64,000 nucleotides of DNA from Anthoceros angustus (taxonomy: Eukaryota; Plantae; Anthocerotophyta): contig VJWM01000011.1 in the NCBI GenBank assembly GCA_010909165.1, positions 1,488,001-1,552,000 on the forward strand. The letters are read 5' to 3'. Of the stretch, positions 38,480-50,230 are shown piece by piece. Position 1 is the stretch's first letter. Every line of letters starts with the position of its first letter. Made by a program: the position numbers and the translations under genes. Under the pieces are notes generated by a model. That model was not told where the DNA came from. It worked only from the letters and a program-made list of their open reading frames with translations, and did not search any database.

Positions 38480-39030
38480 CCTGGAGCGGCAGATTCATCC
38501 GCATCTAGGAGACCTCGATTCATCTGCATCCGGGACTAGCAGGTGGCCCTTGAAGGACGACGAGGGCAGATTCTTCAACCTACGAGTCTCATTGAATGGT
38601 TTTTTATGATGAATTTGCCTGAGGGGCCAACTTTACCACCACCATGACTTGATTGAAATCCTCAGATTGCAATGGCCCCGTATGACAATCAATTCCCCAT
38701 CAACCAAGGAGCTTCGAGGAAAAATTGCATCGGCTATGAATGCCGTGCATTGCCGTGATGGAGGAGCGGAAGGTTCATCTCGCATCCGGACTAGGTGGCC
38801 CTTGAAGGACAAGATTCTTCAACCCACGAGTCTCATTGAATGGTTTTTATGACAGAATTTGCCTGAGGGGCCAACTTTACCACCATCGATGACTTGATTG
38901 AAATCCTGTGATTGCAATGGCCCGTATGACAATCAATTCTATCAACCAAGGAGCTTGAGGAAAAATTGCATCCGGCTATGAATGCCAGCATTGCCGTGGA
39001 TGGAGGAGCCAAGGTTCATCTCGCATCCGG
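38480..39030. repeat. Tandem duplication of ~270-280 bp
   Basis: GGTGGCCCTTGAAGGAC...CAATGGCCCCGTATGACAATCAATTC...GAAAAATTGCATC occurs twice. Confidence 0.8.
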
Positions 39031-39388
39031 ACAAAGACATGTTGGTGCTTCAAGGGTCATTGACTTGGTATGCGTGCGTTGCAAGCATCAATCGTGAAGC
39101 ATCTTGCCCGCCACGCCTCGATTGCGCGATCTGGCGAAAGTCTCTTCCGTCCAGAACCGCTGCGCCCAGCTCAAGAATATCCGGATTACTGTACAGCTTC
39201 GATAGATAGGGAGCACGTCTATGCGCGGATGGGACCCAGCAGCTAGCTGCGTGTTTGGCTTTGAATTCGAGGAGACTGGAGGAAGCTCCAGTGGATGAGG
39301 TGCAAGCTTGGTGACTTGCATTCGAGAACTGAATGTGGCGTCTGGCTCGGTTGTTGGATTGTGAGAGGCAAGGGGGACTGCATGCTAG

Positions 39389-42300
39389 TGTTAGAAAACA
39401 GTTATTCCCAGATTCAGTACATTTAAAATGGTGTGCTATGCATACATATATAGCCTTTGGCCTTGTCATACTCTCGATAGTATGAAACCCTATCTCGCTC
39501 CTGGGATAGTCCTATATACTTCTAGGACTTATACTCATAACTCTAATATATGATGTGTTGCACCAATTCTATAGATTTCTAACACTCCCACTCAACACAT
39601 CAGTGCTACTCTTTTAAGCCTAACATCTTGCTAAACTTAACGTGCTTCTCTAAAGTCAACCCTTTGGTCAAAACATCTGCAGGCATGTCCACAGTGGGAC
39701 AATACGCTAGTTCTATCTCCTTGGATTGAACTTTCACCCTGATGAAGTGATGCTTTACTTCAATGTGTTTTGTCCTCGCGTGAAAAGTAGCATTCTTCGC
39801 TAAGTAAATGCAACCCTGATTGTCGTTGAAGATGGTTGTTGCACCCTTCTGCTTAAATCCCATTTCTTCGAGCAATCATCGTAGCTATATTGCTTCCATT
39901 GTTGCAGCAGATATTGCCATGTACTCCGCTCAGAGAGGACAAAGCCACGATGAGGTGGCCTACTACTCCATGAAATGGCTCCCCCAAATAGCATAAACAC
40001 ATATCTTGTGGTAGACTTGCGGCCATCGACATCTCCACTTAATCAATCACAAAATCCAACCACAGGTCTTCATGTCAATCCTTTTGGTATTTCAACTTCC
40101 AATGTTTTGTGCCGCGCAAGTATCTGAATATCCGCTTGACTGCTTGATAATGCTGTTGTCCAGGGTTGGCCAAGAATCGACTCACAACTCCCACTGCCTC
40201 TGCAATGTCGGGCCTTGTCCCTGTTGCCAAATATGTAAGACAGCCAACGGCACACTTTGATCCTATGCTCTTCCTTCCGTGAGGTAGAGGAGTGATTGCC
40301 CAAGTTTTGTTCTTGAGAAGAGAGTTATACTCACTGTCCACGGCTTCTTTCCACTCCTTTGCCTTTGGTCCTTCCAATGCTTCCCTTCGGCTTTGTGGTT
40401 CGCCGACATCTACCAACCATGCCTTCTCATATGCACATGCATTCATGGATTCCAAGATCTTCTGTGAAGGTTTCCATTGTCTTGTTGATCTTCTCAAGAT
40501 TGTTGTCTCTCTCGAATACTTCGAGCTTCCTCTTCTTCGTCAATTACGATAATGCGTTGATCTTCATCTACTTCTCCAACCGCGACATCGGGAATTTCCC
40601 TTTCTCCCCTCTCTATGTCGCATTGTTGAGAAGGTGCGTTGGACTCTCCTTGGGGTTAGGAAATGAGCTGGGTTTGTTTTTTTTCGTAGGTATGGAGTGG
40701 AAAATAAGGCGGAAAGGGAGGAAGAAGCACGGACGGTACTCCGGACTACACTCCGGACTCCGGGATAGGTAACGGACCCTGGAGTCCACTCCAAAGGACC
40801 TTCGGACCACGCACCGGAGTATCGGGATAAGTCCGGACCCCACTCCGGGTCAAACAGGATAAGTACGCCAAGGAAAGTAACTTAGAAGTTGGAGCGTGAG
40901 TTAGACAGGGCGGCGCCACGTGGGCAGTCTTGAGAGGTGAACGGCATGCAGCCAGACCGTAGGGTTGCTGCCAAGGGGAGAGGTATTCATCCACAACAGA
41001 AGGCTAGAGCAGCACGCGCGCGTAAGGCAGGTAAGCCAGGCGAGAGTAAGCCATGCTGCTCACGCGACAAGCGGCCACCCCTCCGCGCGCAGTTACTCGA
41101 CGGCGAGAGGCAAGGCGAGGTCATTCTTCCAAGCAACCGCGATCCTCGCATTCTCGCCGTGACACCGGCCCTCTGGCGTTGTCTTTTTATCGCCAGCACC
41201 CTTCGGCCGCCTCGACTTCGCGAGGGAAGCAACCGACGCTGCGGGCCAAGGGACGACGACATGAGCCTCACACTCCAACAGTAGCGAAGGAGCGGGAAGA
41301 TGGGACCCAAGAAGGCGCGGAGGTGTGAGCCATGGCGCTGGTGGAGCGCAACATCGCCACTGTGCGCTACCCGGACTTCGGGCCGTGGCCGGAGGAGGCG
41401 GGGAGCCGTCGAGGAGCACTCGGACTACACTCGGACCTTCGGCAAGATCGCCTAGTCCGGAGTACGCCAAGGAGCGGGAAGATGTTGGCAGCGCCAACAA
41501 GGAGGTTCGCTCTAAGAGCCTCGCGAGAGGACCCTAGGAGGTGGACCGTGGAGGTCCCGAGGGCGGTTACAACCGCCCAATGGAGGAAATTGGAGGCCGA
41601 GCCTCAAGGCAAGAGGGAAGATAGAGGCGGCAAAGGCCGCAATGTCAAGCTGTGAACGCAACAACCAATCACCGTTGATGTCGGATTTGGTCGGACAGAG
41701 GGTGAGAGCAAAGTGGATCATCGCCCATCGAACATGCTCACCAAGGTAGATCACCTTGGTGACACCGGTGTTCCCGCATGCGCCGCAGAGGAAGGAGGGC
41801 GATCGGGAAGGATCATCTTCGCCAGATCAATCGAGAAGCTCAAGCCGAGGTGTGAGAAGCCTCCTCCATCGGCGTTATCGCTGCTTTTAATTCATGCGGG
41901 GGGCACGCGAACCTCCCGAAGGAGGGTGAAGAGGAACGCGACTCGGAAAGGGCTGGGCCGCCCACCGGGAGGCGATGGAAGGGCGCAGAGGCGGAGGCCT
42001 GGCCCACCGAGCAAGAGGGTCCGGAGGAAGACGACTGAGGGAATCCTGCACCCATACGGCCCGAGCGACTCCACCAAGGGAAGTGTGGGAGGACATCCTG
42101 CCTCCTCCCGTGCTCCCACCGAGCCGCAAGGGGAGGCGGCCCGACCGGGAGTTGGTGGCTCCAGCTCACGACCAGACCAACGTTGGCGATACTGGCCGAG
42201 CCCCGACGGACTACTGGAGTCAAGAGGCGGAAGACGGTGCCACTCCACAACACCGCACCTGGACGAGCTCCGTGTTTCCGCCCCGCCAACGGAGTGGCAA

Positions 42301-45300
42301 GAAGCCGAGGAGGCGGAGAGGGCTAAAGGACGCCGCCAAGGAGGCGGAGGCCACCGCGCAGCCCCACCGAGCCGTCCTGCCTCCGACCGGGAGAGGCAAA
42401 GGGCCCTCAACCCCTCACCCTCCGAGCCCTGTGGAGAAAGAGGGCGACAAGGAATTGGCGGCCAAGAGGGCCAAAGAAGGTGAGGCTCCGGACCTCGATC
42501 AGGACCTAAGGGTCCCGATTAGGTTCTGAGAGCCCACCGACTCACCCGGACCGCGTATGGAGGTCCTTGGCGGAGAGATGCCCGCCTGACGGACTTCTTG
42601 GGGCCTCACGCGGCAATGGAAGAGACACGCGGTCCGGCTACCGCCATGGACTAGATGCCTGGGACTCTACGAGACGGCCGAGAAGATCCAGGAGGTGGAG
42701 GCAACAAGGAGGCGCATGGTGCTCCTCCGTGAGCTGGAGGCGCCCAGAGGCAAGGAAGGCGGAAGCCCTCGCCGCATCGAGGAAGGGAACGCGGAGGCGG
42801 AGCGCGAGGTCCGAGTGATTCAGAAGACGGACCAAGGTCCTCCAGTGAGCAAATGAGGCAAAGCAGGAGGCCCAAGCACTCCAAGATCTCGCAGCAAGGG
42901 GAGGCGCAGCAGGAGGCGGAGAGGGCTAGACTGTCGAGCGCCCCGCCAAGGAGGCGCAGCAGGAGGCGGAGAGGCAAGGCGGAGGCGGAGGCGGCCCACG
43001 GGATCGACGTGATCGAACCGTGGAGGGAGACGGGGGCTAACCCTCAAGGCCGACAAGTGCACGGAGGCACCTACGAGCCGTGAGGAGGAGTTGGAGGTCG
43101 CACCGGAAATAGGGGACCCTGTGCAGCAGAGGTAGAAGGCGGAGGCGGAGGCGGAGGAGGCAAGGAAGAAGGATACCTTGGAGTCGCAACTCCAAGACGC
43201 CTTGAGTGCCAGGGGTTCTCAACGAGAGAATCCAAGACTTCGAAAGGAGATAGAGCGCCCGCCTTCGCTTGAAGACGGAGGAGAACAGGCTACCAAGGAG
43301 TTCGACGCCGCGAGGCCGCAGCAGGAGAGGTGGAGGAAGCCGAGTCGGACGGGATACCGCCCGCTGGAGAAGGAAGTGGCGGACCTCGGGAAAGGTTGAA
43401 CGGAGGAAGAAAGCGCTGGAGGAGGCAGCTGCCGTCCGGCCATGGGAAGCGAGGGGAGCTACCCATGGCCGCAAAGAATCATGAGCTAGAACACGAAGGG
43501 AGGAGGAGGAGGCGAGCAGCCAAGGCCGCAGGAGGTGATTTGAGCCGCCTTGACGCATCAAGAGAGTCCGCCTACCGGGCCTTGGTCGCACGGAGACGGA
43601 CCGGGTGACAACATGCCCACCGAGCACCTCTGGAGGAGGGAGTACCGGGTGCCCGGCCCATGTGGAGGAGGCACCCAACAAGTCGACCCCGACTTTGCCT
43701 ACTACCACGCAGAAGCCCTCAAGGCTCGGAGGTCTTGCGCCACGCAGTGAGGCGGACTTGTAAGGGCTCAAGGAGGAGCGAGGGAGGAAGGACCCGGGAC
43801 AGCCACGGGACCCTAGGAGCCACCTACTGGCAGCAGCGGCGAGGGAGAGCTGGAGGAGGCGAGGAGGAAGGGTCACCACGGGAGGTAAGCACTCGCACTC
43901 CGCACGAGGAAGGAGGAGGTCCGGGAGGCCGTGGAAGGCGAACCGGGATCCGGAACCAAGGGAGGGCTCATGAGCCCGATAAGCGAGGAGGCAAACCAGA
44001 GCTGTGAGTCCGGACTTTGTCCGACTCGAAGAAAGGCCAACTCAAAGTCCGCCCTCAAGGAAGACCGGACTTAGAGGTCCGGACTCGAGGAAGGGTCGGA
44101 AGGAGGAGGTCCGGACTCGAGGAAGGGTTGGGTCCGTAAGATCGGACCCCGAGGTCCGACTTAGAGGTCCGGACTCGAAGAAGGACTACCCAGAGGTCCG
44201 GACTGAGGCGAGGCCGACCACGGACTCGAGGAAGGGTCGGAAGGAGGAGCCCCGCCGACTTACGCAGGGAGAACACCACTGGCCCCAGAGGGACATGGGG
44301 AGAGGAAGACGTGGTGACCGCGCCACGACGCCGCCAGAGCCCAACCCGGTGGATTCCGGAAGGGGAAGGGTCTACCGCTGGATCATCCGATTGCGCGCCG
44401 TGCCGCCGAGGATTGGGCCACCCGAGACGGGACCAACGGCATTCCCACACCACCGACGTAGATAGGAGGAATAAAGAATGGTAGTGATTAGGGCGCCGGT
44501 ACTCATCGAGGAGGGATGTAATAAAGGCACGACTTCGAGTATAAGAGGGCCGAGGCCGCCTGGTAAATCATCTTTTCTTGGTGTTGATGCGTCTTCTTGC
44601 GGTGCCTTGTGCCTTCTTGTTAACGCGAGTCCCAGTCACCGAGCAGTCAAAGCACCGGAGGCTGATCAAGGTCTTGGTGACTGACCCTAACGTGTGGTGG
44701 TGTGTGTGTGAACAGCGCTTAGGGACCCTTGCTGCCCGTGACAGGCCGCCCGCCGCTGGACGGACCGAACGTGTGACGGACGACCCCGAGAGGGCGGGCG
44801 GAGCACGAGAGGCTCGCAAAGCGGCGGAGGAGGTCCGGACTGCGCAGCCACCCGCGATTCTTCCCAAGGACGATGAGGGTGGTGTGAATGGTGAGAGGGA
44901 CGGACTAGATGGATGAGTGACGAACTGGAACGACACGGACGCGAACGGGCCCTTAAACGTTTGGCCGCACCGGGCCTGTCGGTGAACGTTGCGGTAGCTA
45001 GGCGCAAAACGATAAATAGGTGTGTTGAGACTGAACGGATACTAAGTAAGGTGAGAAACGATTGAAACGTAGCAAACGGAGCCTGTTATTCTCTTGGGAG
45101 CGGACCCCTTACTACAACGACACGGGATTGTGCGCGCCCGGCTGGCCATCAGCGAAAGTCTCGCCACAGTTGGGCTCAGGAACAGGTTGCTCAAGAGTGT
45201 CATCATCCTCAGAATCCTCATCAGGGTTGTCAACATACGCCGTCGGATCCTTCGTGATAACTATTGGGGTTGGAGCTCCCACTCCTTTGCTAGGTTCCAC

Positions 45301-47708
45301 AACCTCATTAAATACAACGTCCCTGCTAAAAATGATTTGCTTCCTTGAAAGATCATACAACCGGTAGCCCTTAATCTCAGTAGAGTATCCAAGCATAAGG
45401 CACTTCACGCCTTTTGGATCCCATTTTGTTCGGGTTTGCTTGAACGTGAGCATAAACCATCGAACCAAAGATCCTCAAATGGCTTGTCGGGCTTGACGCT
45501 GCACCACGCTTCCTCGGGGTCATTCCAACAATAGCTTTGGTTGGAACTCGATTCAAAACATAGGTTGTAATAACAGCCTCACCCCAAAACGCATTTCCAA
45601 GCCACTATGATGTAACATGCATTTAGCTGCCTCCACGGACTCTAAGTTTGCGCCCGCCACTCCATTTTGCTCCGGTGTGTGAGGGATGGTTAGTTGCCTT
45701 CCAATTCCATGCTCCTTGCAAAAGCGCCAGTTAGTGGAGATGTATTCACCTCCGTTGTCACTACGCAAAGTCTTCTTGACGTTGTCCACTTCATGCTCTC
45801 CACCATGGCTTTCCATTCCTTGAAGAGTGTAAATACAGGATTTCTCCTTCATAAGATATGTCCAGTCTTCCTAGTGAAATCATCCACAAACACCGAATGT
45901 AGCGGGCTCCGCCATGAGTGGGATTTTCATTGGACCACACACATCCGTGTGTACCAACTCTAGCGCCATCTTTGCTCTGGCAATCTTTGGGAACTTAGTT
46001 CGTGTAGCTTTCCCATTATGCACCCTTGGCATAATTGCGGCTCACCCACTTCTTTCAAATCCAAGCTCAACCATATGTTGGTTCTTCATCAACTGATATT
46101 GTCCACACCAATGTGCCCTAGACGTTGATGCCATAAATCAATAGATCCAATGCTATTTTGCGAATCGTCCATAAAGGTGCAAGCTTGCCTTCCACAAGCA
46201 CAACTTGTACAAATTTCCTATTCGGACGCCTAGCAATCACTTTAGCATTCGATAACTCAGTTTGATTGATCCAAACTTTGAATTGAACACAACCTCATGA
46301 CTGCATCGCAATTTTTATGGAAAGAAGATTCCTCGCAAGATGAGGCACATGATGCACGTCTTAATTCAGAGATCGCTCCTCCGGAAGATGGACTCAGAAC
46401 ACTCTTCCCCTTGATGTCATGTGACCTATTGTCACCAAGCGCCACCGTATGCCCCTCCGCAATACCTCGTAGCTTGAGAACCAAGGAAGGTTATATAAAT
46501 GTTGGGATGCACCGTAGTCAAGGTACAAACTCTCATCCTTCTTTGATGAAGTCGCTTGATCTCTTGAAGCACGCCAAGATGTGTTCTTGGTCCTTCTCAC
46601 GACTTGATTAGCTTGGGATGATTTCCTTCTTCAAGTCTCCAATCTTATTTTACACCTTTGCGTGATTGGGCTTCGCAGAATAACAAAAGCCTTTCACCTT
46701 TCTCTTGCATCTCCTCCTTGTCCCTTCTAGAGACTTGGCTTGCAGGTCTTCCACCGTGATGTGCCCTTCTTGGAGAAGAGTGCCAAGCGCTTGCCTTGTG
46801 TCCGGAAAGAACCATCAAGCTCCTCTTGTAGGAGTAATCTAACCACCTCATCAAAGGTTGGTTGATTGTCACTTGGGCGCATCGCTACGGATGCCCTATA
46901 AGACAATAAAAATTGCCTACATGATGGTGGCAAACTACTCGGCGATGATCACCTTACCCGAAGGTTTGATCTGCCTCCCTCATTTGATCAACCAAGCTTT
47001 TCAACTTGTTGACATGTTGTTGAACGTCGCCTCACCATCTTGAAGTTGGAGAATTGACTTTCCAGGACATTTCGCTCACAATGCTCTTCTTCTCATCGTT
47101 GTGCAAAGAATTTTCCATGCATCCCGAAGAGACACACTCGCTCAATTGTGAGAGAATGTCATCCCACATTCAGATAATATTAGCCAAGGCTTTATCCTTG
47201 TCTATATCCTTTTCGGCGCCAGTCCATTTTCCAAACTTCCACAATCCTCACAATGAGAAGAGATTTTAGCTTCAACTTCCATAATGTGAAGTTCACGCCA
47301 TCAAACTTCTCCCCACCACGTAGTCTCCATATGCACACCGAAAGCTATGCAAAGACAAGACAAAAGTTCCTCGCACCAAAACTACTACCAAGCTTCAAAT
47401 TGCAAGCGAGCTTTCCACGGACAGTCGCATAACTACAAACAATGCAATAGAAGACAAGTGGCAAGAGTCTGCGGTGGTGCAGTACTTTCGCATCTCACGA
47501 ACCATGCTCGATACCATGTTAGAAAGCAGTTATTCCAGGTTCGACATTAGAAATGGTGTGCTATGCATACATATATAGCCTTTGGCCTTGTCATACTCTC
47601 GATAGTATGAAACCCTATCTCACTCTGGGATAGTTCTATATACTTCTAGGACTTATACTCATAACTCTAATATGTGATGTGTTTCACCAATTCTATAGAT
47701 TTCTAACA
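39389..47708 (-). mobile_element. Ty1/Copia LTR retrotransposon (element B), RT largely deleted, carrying a nested 4.4-kb insertion
   Basis: LTRs at 39389-39584 and 47517-47708 (TGTTAGAAA...TTTCTAACA), TSD GCTAG, PBS TGGTATCGAGC, PPT GAGTGGGAG. Integrase LRSDNGGEY and TPEQNGVA; RNase H DNQGCI...RTKHIEVKHHFIR. RT jumps from KSIGSKC to AVGCLTYL. Confidence 0.93.
40655..45092 (+). mobile_element. Unclassified GC-rich insertion inside Copia B
   Basis: Copia linker sequence resumes across a duplicated CTTGGG (40649-40654 and 45093-45098). The insert has GTCCGGAC-rich repeat arrays (40735-40850, 44025-44260) and a frameshifted coiled-coil-rich ORF region. Confidence 0.65.
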
Positions 47709-47715
47709 GCTAGCA

Positions 47716-47821
47716 TGGTGCACTGCAAATGGACTGGCTCCTCCGAGGCTCGGTGCACTGCACATGGACTGGCTCCTTCGAGGCTCGGTGCACTGCACAT
47801 GGACTGGCTCCTCCGAGGCTC
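47716..47821. repeat. Tandem repeat, 35 bp x3
   Basis: GGTGCACTGCACATGGACTGGCTCCTCCGAGGCTC unit. Confidence 0.9.
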
Positions 47822-48340
47822 AAATTGCATGTATCTACCAACTCCGGAGATCACACGCCTGGAACGGGTACTGGCTTGAGCTTGTGAGAAGTATTCACCG
47901 TACGTGGTGCTTAACTGGGGAGCTTGGAGATGTTGGAAAAGGAGCGCAACAATGTCGCAGCGCTGTCTCTCATACCATCTTAGCAAAGCGCGCATTTGAT
48001 AGAAAATAGAGGTATGGGTCGTAACCTTGGCTTTGGTGCTGCGTTGAGAAGGAATTGACGAGGTGCTTGTGCCGTGCTCATTTTGATACACGGAGGCCGC
48101 GATAGAGATCTTGCCAGGCGGGTGATGAAACAAATTTTAAGCATCCAACACAAGCATAACAGTTTTCGAGTCGTTGATTGCAACGAGCGAGAAATGCAAC
48201 CAGCGAGAAATGCACCAAGCCTCCCTATCACACACACACAACTACCATAATTAAACAAAAGTCGACTGATAGACTGTCGTCGGAAGCACCTTGCCCTTGC
48301 TTGCCTGTAAGGTAGAGGGAGCAGATCTGCAAAGTGGCTG

Positions 48341-48821
48341 TCACACAGATGCGGTTGTTGCGGCTGCGGCTGGCTCAGGAGGTGGGGGATGGATCAATTC
48401 TTCCTCTTGGCCCTGGTCTTGGGATTTGGCATACCCTTGCTCTTGCACAAGCAGCTGGATGCGGCGCTTGATGTCATCCCTAATGAGGCGGACGGTTTCC
48501 ACGCTCTGGCCCTTGGGATCCTGCAGCTGCCAGTCTACCCGCTGCAGCCCGGGCACGTATGGGCAAGCTTCCCCGCATCCCATGGTGACCAGCAGCTTGC
48601 TCTTCTCCGCAACCTCCTTGGTGAGCAGCTGCGGCTTCTTGTCCGACAGATCGATCCCGACCTCCTTCATGGCCTCCAGGACCTCCGGTGCACGCGGCTG
48701 CCGGGCACACTCCCGCCGACACGGCGTACGCCAGCTTGGGATCCGCCAGAGTCGAACCAGGCTGCCGCCATCTGCGACCGCCCGCATTGTGCACGCACGC
48801 GAACAGGATACAGTCTGCCAT
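48341..48821 (-). CDS. arsC: Bacterial-type arsenate reductase ArsC (LMW-PTP fold), intronless, ~161 aa after restoring 5 deleted bases
   Basis: Reconstructed MADCILFACVHNAGRSQMAAAWFDSLADPKLAYAVSAGVCPAARVHPEVLEAMKEVGIDLSDKKPQLLT...LLVTMGCGEACPYVPGLQRVDWQLQDPKGQSVETVRLIRDDIKRRI, with the CX5R P-loop, CX3C resolving cysteines and the DP motif. Confidence 0.88.
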
Positions 48822-49149
48822 GCCTCAATCTTGCGCTGCCTTCCTCACCCTAGAAGCATGCTTCTTGCCAGGATAAGTAGCCGCAGTCGGCCCGGCCGTG
48901 GAACCGTGGAATGCGGAAGGTGGCTCTCCGATTCTAGAATATCCGGGTTGGCCCTTGAGATGTGAGCTCCTGCGAAAAGCGCCTTCCAGACACACAGGAC
49001 GATAAGCAAAAAAGAGAGGAAACAGCAATACCGGTAGTATCACCTGGCTTTTAGACTTCCTGCTGTTTTTCTTCAGCAATCAGAACGCGGAGCGAACACG
49101 GGGTAGATAGCTTGAATTTGATACCTTTCATTCTTTCGCACACGCTGTG

Positions 49150-50230
49150 TCACAAAGAGATGCTTCAGCAACTTCTATGTCACATCCACTAATCCCAAGA
49201 AGACAGGTACCTCAATCAACGAGCCAATGGTCGCAGCCAATGCCCCTTTAGACTCTATGCCAAAACTGCCCACGACCACGGCTATGGCTGGCAAGCAGCA
49301 AGCCTGAAATTGTTGCCGGATGAGTAACAGCTTCTGCAAGGGATGCCCAGACGTCGACACAGCCACACAGATGAGAAGAAAACGATTGTGAAGTACAGCA
49401 GCATAGGGACCGCCACTCTTGCCACGTCCCCAATGTGGTCGACAATCTGATGAGCTTGGATGGAGAACTTCCCCAAAATTGTGTAGTAAGCCAATGAGAG
49501 CGCAAGGCGATAGGAAAGAATGAACTTGGTATCGTACCACTTTCTTCTCATGGTGTAACGTAGGGAGTGCCTTGTGATGATTCCAGCAGCCAGAGGAACT
49601 CCAGGAAAACGCAGCACACTTCTGGCAATAGCCCAGGCCCCCACATAAATGCCCTTGCCACTGGAAACCACTTTAAGGTAGAAGAGAGGAAGCGGAGTAT
49701 AAAACAACACCTGCATCACCAGTATTGCACACAGCTGTCCATGTCCCTTGGCCAGATTATTCCATATGAGCACCATGGCGATGCATCTGGCAGTGTCCAC
49801 CAGAAGAACCCCTGCTCTGCTCAAGATCCGGGATGAGGCTCAACACAACCTGAGCAAGGCCTCCAGCCTTGACCATCTTGTAAAGAGCTTTCTTACCGAA
49901 CTTTGAACAGAACTGGATACATCATGACCCACAGTCCTACGGCAATAGGCGAGATACAGATGCCAGTTTCACAACCTCCAGTTTCTTCTTGATTCCTTTC
50001 ACGTAGTAACCAATAACCAGTGCACATGCCTTGTCCAAAAATAGCCAGACGAACAGCTTCTTGAACAGGCCTACAGCTGTGAAACAATATTCATGCCGAG
50101 GAAGTCAGTCACTCTCTAACACCTCTTCAGAAGACAAACAAATCCAATCTTCCACAAACTAAAGTGCTGTACCTGCGGAATCATCAACTATACTCTTTTT
50201 TACAGCCTCGCACACAGGCTCCCCTCCATG
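49150..50230 (-). pseudogene. ACR3: ACR3 copy 2, degenerate
   Basis: Colinear with copy 1, including the intron. It has internal deletions (e.g. loss of NWLVGPALMTGLAWATLP), frameshifts, a premature TAG near the end and many substitutions. Confidence 0.85.

Noticed and set aside
41713-44936. Many overlapping Arg/Gly/Pro-rich ORFs
   Set aside because: Expected shadows of a GC-rich, frameshifted TE ORF and its repeats; not called as separate genes.
44977-45168. TG...CA segment as an LTR of the nested insertion
   Set aside because: No second copy exists, and its right part reads as Copia B linker continuing across the CTTGGG duplication.
48341-48821. arsC as bacterial contamination
   Set aside because: It is embedded between a TSD-bearing plant Copia and an intron-containing plant ACR3 copy, with no other bacterial genes or operon spacing; still worth confirming with reads.
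48822-49150. Possible spliced ACR3-ArsC fusion (donor ~49124 AAG|GTATC, acceptor ~48850 CTAG|G)
   Set aside because: The phases match, but an in-frame TGA lies two codons before the arsC ATG and ACR3 copy 2 is degenerate. It is unsupported without transcripts.
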